The notes beneath the pieces are model-generated. The model was not told where the DNA came from. It searched no databases and saw only the letters and a list, made by a program, of their open reading frames with translations. A stretch of DNA of 64,000 nucleotides from Macrostomum lignano. Its lineage: Eukaryota. This document shows, piece by piece, positions 46,701 through 62,019 of this stretch. The stretch covers positions 1-64,000 of the forward strand of contig NIVC01002379.1 of assembly GCA_002269645.1 (NCBI GenBank), written 5' to 3'. A program made the position numbers and the translations under genes. Within the stretch, counting starts at the first letter, position 1; the number at the start of each line of letters is the position of its first letter.

Positions 46701-47135
46701 AAGGATGTCAGAACTCCAGTTGGCGGGTCCGGAGCTGGTGCCGGGACAGCGAAGACTTTGGACAAGGGGGCCAATGACAAGAAGGCTGGCAAGGAAGCCA
46801 AGGACGCGAAGGACAAGGACGCGAAGGGAAAAGACGCGAAAGGCAAAGACGCCAAGGACAAGGACGGGAAAGGCAAAGACGCAAAGGGCAAAGATGCGAA
46901 GGACAAGGACGCGAAAGGAAAAGACGCGAAGGGAAAAGACGCGAAAGGCAAAGAGGCGAAGGACAAGGATGCGAAAGGAAAAGACGCGAAAGGCAAAGAC
47001 GTTAAAGCCAAAGACGCAAAGGACAAGGACGCGAAGAGCAAGGACGCAAAAGGCAAAGATGCTAAAGGAAAAGATGCGAAAGGCAAAGATGCGAAGGGAA
47101 AAGACGCAAAGGCAAATACTCCCGCAAAGAAGTAA
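43727..47135 (+). CDS. Uncharacterised 2-exon protein (~355 aa): globular N-terminal region plus Lys/Asp/Ala/Gly pentapeptide (KDAKG) tail
   Basis: Exon 43727-44049 (AA|GTGAG) joins exon 46391-47135 (TGCCAG|A) in phase 2 to read ..GQLNDKQAAFASKSNPLLRTVYWYIDKHF.., total 1068 nt. Acceptor TCAATAG just upstream of the ATG. Synonymous codon variation within the repeat. Confidence 0.8.
44195..44725. repeat. CT-rich low-complexity array (CTCTCAC)n in the intron of the orphan gene
   Basis: Visible low-complexity tandem. Confidence 0.93.
45350..45955. repeat. 16-bp minisatellite GGCCGTTCTGTCAG(A/G/T)T
   Basis: Visible period, ~37 copies. Confidence 0.95.
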
Positions 47136-47635
47136 TGGCAACTGGTAAAATGATCGAGATTGAATTGAACTTAGAGCGTAGAGCGCAGCGGACGTATGAT
47201 GTAGTCAAGCGTGCAAGTTTACACTATTCATTTATTAGGCATGTCGCATAATGCATAGAACTGAATAATACAAACAAATCAATTTTTATTACACAGGCGA
47301 TTAATATAGCGTCTTTTTGATGCGTTTCAAATTTCTACTGAAAAAGTACGAGTAGCTAATATTAAATATAAGTAATGGTTTGAGATTGATGACATAGCTC
47401 TTGCGCCTTGCCACATTTTCCTGTGTCTACTCCTCCCGCTTTAAATGTTAAATCTAGTAAAACAAATTAAAGCACTACGCTCGTGTGCGGAAATTTTTGT
47501 GGGCCGAATTCAACTCGCATTTCTAGAAATTGAGAATTTGGTCTATTCTGTCCTGGCCAGCTCGTACATGCAAACTGAAACCTCTAATGCACTTGAAGCT
47601 TCGATGTTGCGAGATTTCGAGTTCAATTCGGTGAG

Positions 47636-48667
47636 TCACAGTGCTCCCCCCGAGTCGTTTTTGCTTCCACTAGCCCCGCTTCCATCTCCGTCACCGCCTC
47701 CGCCGCCCAGCGACACTCTCGATGGAACCCTAGACGGCATGCTCGCGTTGAGCATAGCGACGAACTCGGCATAGTCGATGCAACCGTCGCCGTTGATGTC
47801 GACCTCTCGGAGCATTTCTTCCACCTCAGCGTCCTCGTACTCGTGGCCGAGGCCGTCTAGTACGGCCTTCAGCTCCGGTGCTGATATATAACCGTTGCGG
47901 TCCTTGTCAAACACGTGGAACGCAGCCAGCAGTTCGTCCTCTGAGTCGTCGGCGTGCGTCTGATCCACCTGGTGCTGCTTTTTGCCGGCGCGCTTCCTCG
48001 GGTCGGACTTCATCAGCTGGATGAACTCCTCGAACTCGATAGTCCCGTTGCCGTCCTTGTCAATGCGACGGAGCATATCCTATTGAGTTGTGTGGAATTT
48101 GGATCTACATATGATTGGAGACTGACTTCGATACGACTGCAGTTTTCTACCAGTGGTTCTATTCCAAATAATTCAATCACGGACTACATACCTACGAGTA
48201 TCGTTTCTTAAGTAGTATCCTTAAAAGCGAATTCTTTTACCTTTAATTGCTCAGTGCTTGGCGATCGACCAATGCATCGGAGAACTGTTCCCAGCTCCTC
48301 AGTAGTGATGCAGCCGTCTCCTAGGTAAATTATGGATTAATGGCTTGTTGACACATTTAATAGCCTCTAATTTCTTCTGATTAAGAGTAGCGAAGTCATT
48401 ACCAACCAATTACATTTCTTATCAACTTTTAATTGAGCTGAATTCTTTTGAGCCGATGATCACAAGGTTTGGGATTCGATGCGCTTTTCAGTAAAGAAAA
48501 TTGATTTCTCAAATCGAGGTCAAGCTTCATCAAGAGATCTTCTCACCGTCTTTATCGAACAGTTGGAAAGTTTCCTGAAAAATCTGCAGCTCAGAGGCGG
48601 TCACCATCAGACTGTCGTCTGACTCGTCCTTCGCTGATGACGAGGCCTGTTCATCCGAGGACATCAT
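47636..48667 (-). CDS. Calmodulin-like protein, 4 EF-hands, 3 coding exons, ~214 aa
   Basis: Exons 48667-48547, 48320-48241 and 48079-47636 (GT-AG, phases 1 and 0). Loops DKDGDGCITTEE, DKDGNGTIEFEE, DKDRNGYISAPE and DINGDGCIDYAE. An acceptor at ~48685 indicates an upstream exon or trans-splice site, so the start could lie further 5'. Confidence 0.9.
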
Positions 48668-49430
48668 CCCTTGTGTGGTGAATGCTGCAGAGTAAAAAGG
48701 TGACTTTTTGCAAGCCGGAGGATATGGAATTGACCAATTTTCCTGGTTGTGCCGTCTCAGCTCTCAGGATTCCAGAGGTGCTATCCGTTCTGCTTCTCGG
48801 ATGATACTCGAGACTCGATTTTTATCCTATACTTACAACAGTGTCCCAGTGGCTCTGATGGGAGCTCTCCGGGGATTTCTTCGAGAAAGGGAAGTGAATT
48901 TCTACGAAAAAAGGAGTTCCCAGCAGAGCAGCGCTTTATATCCTAATTCTCTCGACTTCGATTCGCCATCCTCCTCTTCCCGCCTCAGCTTCCTCTAAGC
49001 GGCCATTCGAAAAAGAAAGAAAATGAGCTGTGAACTGAAGATGCAGTGCCTAGAAAATGAAGACAGCGTCGCAACTGGTCAAAAAACATTTCATCATTTT
49101 CGCTATTCATCTCGACTGCAAAATAATGGGGAATTGGAATAGCAACCGATGTAAAGAGATGCGACTAGAGGAAGAGTAGGGGTAGGGATGATGGAATTCA
49201 AAGGATTCCTCAGTGGATTCACCCCCTCCCCCTATGATCCTAATTATCCATGCCGTTGGACTGAGCAACTCCGTGCAGCACAGATCAAGGACCGGGGCTT
49301 GAGTGGAGCTAATCACCTGGCAAACCCAGCTCTGCGCCTGAGCAGTTGTGCTACAGTGAACGAACTAATGCCGTCTTTATCTACATCTACATGTAGTGGC
49401 TGTTTCTCAGTTCATTCTTATAGCTCCATA

Positions 49431-49627
49431 CAACAGTCCGACGTCGTCGACGTTGGCAGAAGTTTTCGTCGTCTATCGACGTCGATGACAGATATGTACT
49501 TTTTCATTGCACCGACAGATAACGACGTCATACGTCGGCTTAATGTCGGTGTAATATAAAAGTACATAAATATATCTGTTATCGACGTCGATAGACGTCG
49601 AAAAAGTCGGCCAACGTCGGATTGTTG
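49431..49627. mobile_element. Fold-back MITE with long inverted arms and TA flanks
   Basis: Left arm CAACAGTCCGACGT..TTTTCGTCGTCTATCGACGTCGATGACAGATA matches the reverse complement of the right arm (CAACAATCCGACGT..TTTTCGACGTCTATCGACGTCGATAACAGATA). TA on both sides. Confidence 0.75.
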
Positions 49628-50389
49628 TACGAAAACTCGACAGCTCAGCTCAGCTCGAAATTTTTGCCCCAGCTTTAAAATTCTGCACCTACCTATCGAT
49701 TCTAGAACTTTTCTTGTCTATATTCGTCCCCTCTGTCGGTTCCTGCTGAGGAGCTAGAAGATTTAATCGAACAAGTTTAAGATGATGCTCACCTTCCTCG
49801 AAGTCTCGAAGTTCGACATTCCGTTTAAATGAACTTCTATTAACCGTATTAACCGTTGCATTCCAATCCAAGTGCAACAAGTTGGACAATAAATAGTAGC
49901 TCTAATTAAACTTAGAGTTTGATTTGAGGTAACTCGATCGCATTGGATTCACAACAGCTTCGAAGCAATTGCAAACTCTAGTTCGAGTACAGCTTCGCTT
50001 CTCCAGTTTGAAATTGTCTGCATCGGTATGGCTATGCAGTTGTCAATGCTCTTAAGTGCAGACTGCTCCAAACCGAGGTCAGACCAACTTCGAGACAAAC
50101 TTCTGCATGATCTTCTTGGCGACGTGAGACGCCAGACCACCGAGGTACATGTGATTGAACATCTTACAGTGTGCGAGCATAGATACAGCATGTACGCTCG
50201 TATATGTGCAATTTAAATGTAGATGCATGCATTAAAAATCAAATAATTCTTTAATTTACATTTAATTCCGTCAAGGACGAATGACAAAGTCTACTTATAC
50301 CGTCCTCGATTTGCATGAATATCCTCTCGCTTATAGCTTATTTAATATTTACTTACATGCATCTTTTTGGATAATGGGATATATCTAAG

Positions 50390-50857
50390 CAGGGGCGCCG
50401 CCATGGATTTTATGTTGGGGGGACAAAGCCAAGAATTCAGCATGTACATGTACATGACTAAATTCCATCATTTTGAGAATTGTGTTGTCAGCCCTCATTT
50501 TGGCACCGCAGGTACTCATTTTAGCGCCACAGGCACTCATTTTGGCGCCGCAGGCATTTATATGGTGCCGCCCGCAGGCATTACTTTTGGCGCCGCAGGC
50601 ATTAATTTTGGCGCCGCAGGCACTCATTTTAGCGCCGCAGGCATTCTTTTTGGCGCCGCAGGTACTCATTTTGGCGCCGCAGGCACTCATTATAGCGCCC
50701 TAGGCGCTATACATGTATTTGGGTGGCCCTGAGGAGAAATTATTGATTACCACCAACCATGGTCACAAGGTAGGGTGAGGGGGACAAAGCATTGGCATGT
50801 CCCCCCATAGCTTTTACTGGGTGGGACATGTCCCCCCCCCCGGTGGCGACGCGCCTG
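50390..50857. mobile_element. hAT-type MITE, family A copy 2
   Basis: Same ends as 8299-8677. Exact 8-bp TSD TATCTAAG at 50382-50389 and 50858-50865. Longer internal CACTCATTTTGGCGCCGCAGG array. Confidence 0.9.
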
Positions 50858-51071
50858 TATCTAAGAAATAATACCAAATTGTAATGAGATGAATCACTTA
50901 CTTACAGCACTTACTTTTCTGTGAGTTGATCAAAGACCTTATAAATCATATGACTACTCAAGGCATGCACACAAAGCTATTTAATTCATCCTTAGTCGTT
51001 TAATTACCTTAAGATTTTAATTACTCTGCGTGTTTTTATTCATTTAAATTCTGTTGCAATTTATCGTTCTT

Positions 51072-52359
51072 GTTGTTGTTAAACGGGGGTGGGAAGCTGG
51101 GCTACCCGCGGATCAGCCCTGGGTGGGCTCTGCCGCTGAGGGGCACTGCCAGGGGCCAAGGCATTAACTGTCCAGGGCCCGAGATACCCCATGGAATGCA
51201 TTGGGATTGGACCCGGCTCAAAGCGCGGGTGGGCGAGTTGACCCAAACCTACGGTACAAGACACCGCCAACCCAAACAGTGGAATCAGGGACGGTGCTAG
51301 GACCGAGTCCACCCAGGCCACCCCCCAGCTAGCGAGTCCTCGGGAGTGCGCAGAAAAATTGGAAAGCGAAATGCTTGAAATATTACTGAAAAAAGCGGTC
51401 CGAGTGAGGAGTTACTCCTAAACCTACGGAAATGGCTTAAACTATTGGAGCGAGTCTGGGCAGCTAATTACCAAGAGCGATCCTACTACAGGGTCTTGGC
51501 CCCCTGAAGGTCTCGAGCCTCAAGGCTTTTCACTACCCAGCTCTATTTTGGAGTGAGTCTGGAAGGCTTGTATCCGAGGGGGAGACTCTAGGCGGACAGG
51601 ATACACCTCTATTGCTACCAACCCAAGGGCATCGCCTATCCAGCTCATTATTGGGGGCCAGGCCAAGGGGTCGGGAGAAGAGGCACCCAGGGCAAGAGGA
51701 CTCCGGACTCAGCCGGTTGTCCCCGGTTCGGGACGAACATCCTTCCCAGGACACCAATCCACTGTCAGGATGAGAGCCAGAGACACGCAAGCAGGGACCT
51801 TCAGCAGGAGCCAGGAGATGGACCCGAGGACAGGGCAAGATGGACCGGGCAAGGGCAGAGCTCATAACTCCAAAGATTGGATGGCTACTAATGGCCGGGT
51901 AAAAACAGATAAAAGCAAGGGATAAAACCGCGCTGGGATGCCAGCCCAGAAAAAAAGAATGGCAGTGGGGAGGAGCACCATAGCCCTAAAGCAGGCAGCT
52001 TGCCGACCTGCAGCCCGGGTGCTCAGCCTCAGGGCTGGCATGCTACTGGGTCTACCGTACACCTTTGTGAATTGGTCATTTTCTTTCCTGCAGGGCGGGT
52101 ACGACCGGGGGGCTCAGTCCCGTCCTAGCCACACTGCAGTCCAGAGAACCAACTCACTCCGGGCACCACCCCCCTAAACCAAGGCCGAGGGCCGAAATTC
52201 TATAGATAAGAAAAAGAATAGGGTTTAGTATTTGTAATGGGCACAGCCCCTCCGGGGCGGACCCTTAGAAATTGGCATAGCCAATCGGATTGCGCACAAC
52301 CCTTAGACAAGCTGCCAGAGAGGCAACCAGGGTAAAAACAGTCAGAGACCGTCTTTACG
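51072..52359 (-). mobile_element. Non-autonomous retroposed element with a spliced-leader-like 5' head, (AAC)n tail and 12-bp TSD
   Basis: TSD TTTATCGTTCTT at 51060-51071 and 52360-52371. Minus strand starts CGTAAAGACGGTCTCTGACTG and ends ..CCCCCGTTT(AAC)3. GC-rich interior in AT-rich surroundings; no recognisable protein. Confidence 0.8.
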
Positions 52360-53176
52360 TTTATCGTTCTTACGGGTTTAAAAATACAGAAAGTAAAACA
52401 AATATACGCTACGCTATCTTTTTACACATAGGAGTTAAAAGCTAGTATTCAGTTTTAATATGGTTATAAAGAAAACAAATATTAATTGTACTTCATAAAA
52501 GGTGATTTATAGGTAAAATTAATTATAAACTTCGACTGCCTCGTCGTCCGGCCTCTTCATAATCCTCCTTTACTATATTTAGAAGCAGCCCCAATGAAGC
52601 ATTGTAAAAGTAATTACTCGAGTCCCCTGCTTTCCAGTTATTTGGATATTGGTTTCCAATGCTTCCAGTTACCGTTTTAACTATTAGCAGAACTAACTAG
52701 GCCTACTAACTAAATAGGCCTAAACTAAATTAAATAACTAGGCCTAGCCTAGTAGTGCCTAGTGGGCCTAGGTAGTAGCCTAGTAGGGTGGTAGGCCTAC
52801 GGATAGCCAATAAGAATCTAGAATAGACTCGGCTGGGTTTAAACCTAGACCTAACCTAAACTAGGCTATCCACTTAATTAATTTATCCTTATCTACTCTT
52901 CTGTTTGTGCCTAGGTAGTAGCATTTTTACACATCATCCATAGTGTTTTAATTGTAAATTAGATAGAGTTTGTTTTCTAATATTTTCATAGCCTAATGAA
53001 GTTCTTATATAGGCATGGCGGCCATGTCTATAAGTATGGAGCTTATAGGCATGGCGGCTGTGTCTATAATATTTGAGCTTAGGCCTATACTTTATAATTA
53101 TAGGCATGGCTATAATTATCAATATAAAATGTGTATTCTGTAGGGCCTTCTCATAAGCAAATGGTGGCTTAGTAGA

Positions 53177-53359
53177 CAGTGGTGCAACCAGGGAGGGGGG
53201 GTAGTCCTGCCCCCTTAGGTGGAGACCCAAAAAAATCAAAGGGGGGACCAAGCAAATTTTTGCTAAAAACAGAGTCATCCCTCTGCCAGTCTGCCTCCCC
53301 CTCCTGGGACTTTACCCTTGAGAATCCACCCCCTCAAAAAATTTCTGGTTGCACTACTG
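53177..53359. mobile_element. hAT-type MITE, family B (183 bp)
   Basis: 15-bp TIR CAGTGGTGCAACCAG / CAGTAGTGCAACCAG. 8-bp TSD TTAGTAGA / TTAGTGGA (7/8 match). Confidence 0.82.
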
Positions 53360-54970
53360 TTAGTGGATATGTCAACTGCCTTGTGATTACATACTTAATA
53401 ATAAGTAATAAACTAAAGTCTTACAAAAAAGCTACAATATTTCACAATTGTTTATTTAGGTTTAAATAATCCATAAGTACCAAGCTAAAAAAAGTATAAA
53501 AACTAACTAGTAGTCAGCTAAGGATATAAGCAAGTATAGCTTAGTCTGAAATATAATAATATTAGCATTTATTATTTATTATGCCATTTTATTGGCTTTG
53601 AAGTTTTACATTAGGACATTCAAATAGATATCTGACAATAAAGCCAGGCAAGCAAGTTACTGTAAGGTCAGAAAAGCAGTTGATATGCAATAGATTCTTC
53701 TGGTATAAAAAATTGGCAATCTCTCATTGCATGTCATATATGTAAGAAAGCTTGTTCCCATAGCTTTGCTATTAGACTTTGCAATTATATAGTATGGTCT
53801 CTATATTCCATATTTATCTTTTGTCATTGGAGACTAGATCTGGTAATGATTGAGGCTGCTAAAGAAGATAGAGTTGACAATTTTCTATAGACTTTGTTTA
53901 TAGGCATAGGGCCTATTGATAAATCAGAGAAAGGCTTTAGTAGGCCTAAGCTAGGAAATAAGATACATAGTTTGTATAAGTATAAGTCATCTTGTTGGTA
54001 TTAATGGTCTACTTATAGAAGAGCAAAGTAGTCTTATTTGATGGCTTTTTTCTTCTTAATAAGAGGCAGTAAAACATAGGTTGATGGTTGATGATTATTT
54101 TTCTAGTGGCAATGCACTCAAGTGTCAAAGTGCTCAACAAAAATACTTTTTTGCCAATCAGCTTTTAGGGCCTAATGCCTAAGATCTACTTTTCTTTTTT
54201 AGTAGGTTGAGTTGCAGTAGTTAAGATTAGATAGGTGGTATAATCAGGGAAAATTATAAATAAAAGGCATAATAAATAGGGTAAGGTGGCAACATGCATG
54301 AGTAGGGCTAGGAATAGAACCTGTCGAAAAGCCAAAATTGAGTTTGAGATTAGGCACCTTATGGCATCAATCTTATAGAATTAGATATCATAGTATAAAA
54401 TAAAATAATAACTTGAATTCAGCATTTGATAGTAAAAGGTCAATTTTTTCTTATCTTATCTCTTATATATATTGATAATTTTAAATTTCATTCATCTTTT
54501 CTAATTGCTAATAGAACAAGTTAACAAAAGTAGAACAAAATATCAATGAGCAACAACTTGTCAAGCTAATATTAGAAATAATTGGGCAAAGAAATTTAAA
54601 TAGTTGAAAGATAGTTGACCAATGCCAGAGAGGCTATATTTTCAAAAATAGACCTCTTCATTTGCCATGCACAGAAAAAAACCTAAATTATTGATTTTGC
54701 AAACCATGTGCAAAAATGTTTAAAATACACACAATATACAAAAAATATAAAATGGCCCAATTTGGAGCCACTAGACTCAAAAAATACATAGAGGAGATAG
54801 GAAATAGGAATTATTATTTTCAGTTTATATGAATAAATCTGACATCTAGATCTATGCCAATAAGTATCTTGCCTTTTCAATTTTCATATAGCAATTAAAC
54901 AATATAGACCTTAATTTTTTGTTAGAGCATGTCATTCATGTTGCATTAACTTTAATTTTGTTATACTGAA

Positions 54971-55267
54971 CATACATGCGCAACTGCTGGCCGACCTGGC
55001 CGATCTGGCCACCGTAAATTGTAGTGGACCAGGGGTAAGTCGCAAAAATGCCCAACCCAAAGAATACAGACGTAGTACTAATTAGATGACGAGGCATTTA
55101 GCCCTTATAAGACAGTCATAGTTACTTCTGCCGTTTACCCAAAGTTGCGTTAATTCTGCTTTAGGAATTTTTTACATGTAAGTTGCATTTTTGGCCAAAA
55201 ACTATGTCGCATTTTTGTTAAAACTAAGTCGCACGGCCAACCGAATTTTGGAGGTTGCGCATGTATG
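54971..55267. mobile_element. hAT-type MITE, family C (297 bp)
   Basis: Perfect 14-bp TIR CATACATGCGCAAC. Exact 8-bp TSD ATACTGAA at 54963-54970 and 55268-55275. Confidence 0.9.
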
Positions 55268-55541
55268 ATACTGAAGTGAAGTTAAACCCTTGATGCCATG
55301 TTGGCATCTAGTTTTTTTAAGCTAGATGCCATTTAATGTAAGTTATAAATATATATATTATTGGATTGGGCAAGATTACAATCCCATCCTACTTCTATTT
55401 TTATTACAACTTTATGTCTAGAAGTTGAGTTTGAATTAATTAGGCCCAAAATATGTTTGTTTATAATTTCTTGTAGTTAAACAGTAAGTTTAAGAAACAT
55501 AAGAAATTGAATAATTATTTTGTATTTATGTCATCTACTAG

Positions 55542-59687
<4,146 letters not shown>

Positions 59688-60439
59688 GGATTTGCTATAA
59701 TAAACAAACAAATTATTTATGAGGGAAAATCAAACAGAACTCTTGACTCAGAGAGTCAACAAAGATACAGAGAGTGGGGTTCATGCGATTTTGTTTTTAT
59801 AATCTAACTAAAATTATCTGTGCATAAACTTATGACTATTAGAAAGGTAAATTATTGTAACCATTACTCATCCGCGTTTTTGATCAGTCGGAATTGTGTT
59901 AAAATAGTGTTTTTCTGTTCGAAATTGCGACTACATCGTTTGATGCAGAGTTCCGCAAACTAGTGCAATGCCTGTTCTCAGTTCCCGATTCTTGTAACAC
60001 GAAACCAACTCTATGAGTGATTTTTTGATGAATTTTTTTCCTATGCTATGAATCTAATTTCAATAATTAGTTTTGTTAATAACAAACTATATGCATGCTA
60101 TGCGAGTCGCTTCTTGTATGGCGCGTTTGAAGCCCCAGAGTATTTGATGGATATAGTATATATATTGTGACTGTCGCCTGCTGGTATGGAGGCAGCCTGC
60201 GGAACAGTCGGTTTGTTACAGACTTTTACAGAGTCTGTTTAAGGACCACTAATAGTAAGAGAACAGCCACGGTAAAATTATGGGATTTTATTAAAGATCC
60301 GATGCTTATATAGAGGTTCTCGTATCCTTATATAGGGGTCCTCGTGTCTATATAGGTCATCGAGTCCTTTTTATATAGGTCCTAGTGTCCCTTTTATAGA
60401 GGTCCTCGTGTCCATATATTGAGGTCCTAGTGTCCTTAT

Positions 60440-61003
60440 ACGAGTATAGAGGTCCTCGTATCCTTACTACAGTGGTCCTCGTATCCTTACTACAATGGTC
60501 CTCGTCTCCTTACTACAGTGGTCCTCGTATCCTTACTACAGTGGTCCTCGTATCCTTACTACAATGGTCCTCGTCTCCTTACTACAGTGGTCCTCGTCTC
60601 CTTACTACAATGGTCCTCGTCTCCTTACTACAGTGGTCCTCGTATCCTTACTACAGTGGTCCTCGTCTCCTTACTACAGTGGTCCTCGTCTCCTTACTAC
60701 AGTGGTCCTCGTATCCTTACTACAGTGGTCCTCGTATCCTTACTACAGTGGTCCTCGTATCCTTACTACAGTGGTCCTCGTATCCTTACTACAGTGGTCC
60801 TCGTCTCCTTACTACAGTGGTCCTCGTCTCCTTACTACAGTGGTCCTCGTATCCTTACTACAGTGGTCCTCGTATCCTTACTACAGTGGTCCTCGTCTCC
60901 TTACTACAGTGGTCCTCGTCTCCTTACTACAGTGGTCCTCGTCTCCTTACTACAGTGGTCCTCGTCTCCTTACTACAGTGGTCCTCGTATCCTTACTACA
61001 GTG
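60440..61003. repeat. 23-bp minisatellite GGTCCTCGT(A/C)TCCTTACTACAGT
   Basis: Visible period, ~24 copies. Confidence 0.95.
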
Positions 61004-62019
61004 GCAATTATGTTATATGCCTGGGCACCGTTCTGCACTAGCTGTTATTGCTACATATAAACCGCTTAACCACCTGTATGTGAACTGCCGTAACTCATTT
61101 GCTGCTAGCAGTTTACACCCAGCTCTGTTTTCACCGCTGAACCCAATTACTAATAGTAGTATATGTGCTGTTAAATTTCCATTTAAAATGATGTTGTTAT
61201 TTTCCTATTGTTTCGCGTTAACTATATATATATTATGTTATATAAACATAAATGAATGCATAAAAATAATTTATATTTTGAAAACCTGTCAGTTATTTAT
61301 TCAGCTTTTTTTCTGTTTTCAATTTTTATAACTGCTATCATGATGCAAGGCTGCGGTCCCATGCCCCCCCCCTCTCCACCACCTTCATCGTTTGCAGGCA
61401 AATCGCCAAGTTATTTATTACGCTTGTTAAAAAAAACCTCTTAATTTATGCCTGTAAAACTGCCGTGTCAGCCTCCTGCTTAACAAAATTGTATTAATAT
61501 TGCTATATGTTACTATACTAATAAATGTGCGAGACAGAGACAGTTTAAATTTATGTCTGCCGTGCTGTTCTCTTCTCTCTCTCAAAAAAGAAATTATTGT
61601 GTTTGCACCTGATTGGGAACTAGCAGGGATTTTTTCAGATGCAAGGACTGGGTGACTCTCACAACCGGCTATTAACATGTAGCACATCACTCTCGTCTGT
61701 CAAAGCAGAATTGATTACAAATCAATTATCCGCTTTGATTTCCTAGAAATGGAGCTGAATTATGGGCCAGATGGCTTCTTAGTCTGAACTGGATGCAGAA
61801 TTGTTCTCAGATTTTGGAATCTACTGTAGGCACCTGCTGCCTACAGTAGATTCCAAACATGTAGAGAACATGTTCCAAACATCCAAACAAAGATTCCAAC
61901 ATGTAGAGAGCTTCGCTCTCTACATCTACGAGCGTAGGTTACGCACTTACGCTCCTATGTATGATCTATAATTTAGTTATTGATGGCAAATTTTTAAAAG
62001 AATCTCCCCTCCCCCCCTC

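Noticed and set aside
48440-48490. tRNA-like T-loop word GGGATTCGATGC
   Set aside because: No cloverleaf or A-box could be built.
52230-52359. HDV-like ribozyme in the retroposon head (CTAAGGG resembles J4/2-P2)
   Set aside because: I could not build P1, and the candidate L3 is 5 nt rather than the canonical 7. A motif search (RNArobo/Infernal) would settle it.
51072-52359. Ordinary retrogene of a trans-spliced mRNA, or protein coding inside the element
   Set aside because: The SL 3' half and its ATG are absent, the tail is (AAC)n rather than poly(A), and the short ORFs on both strands have no recognisable motifs.
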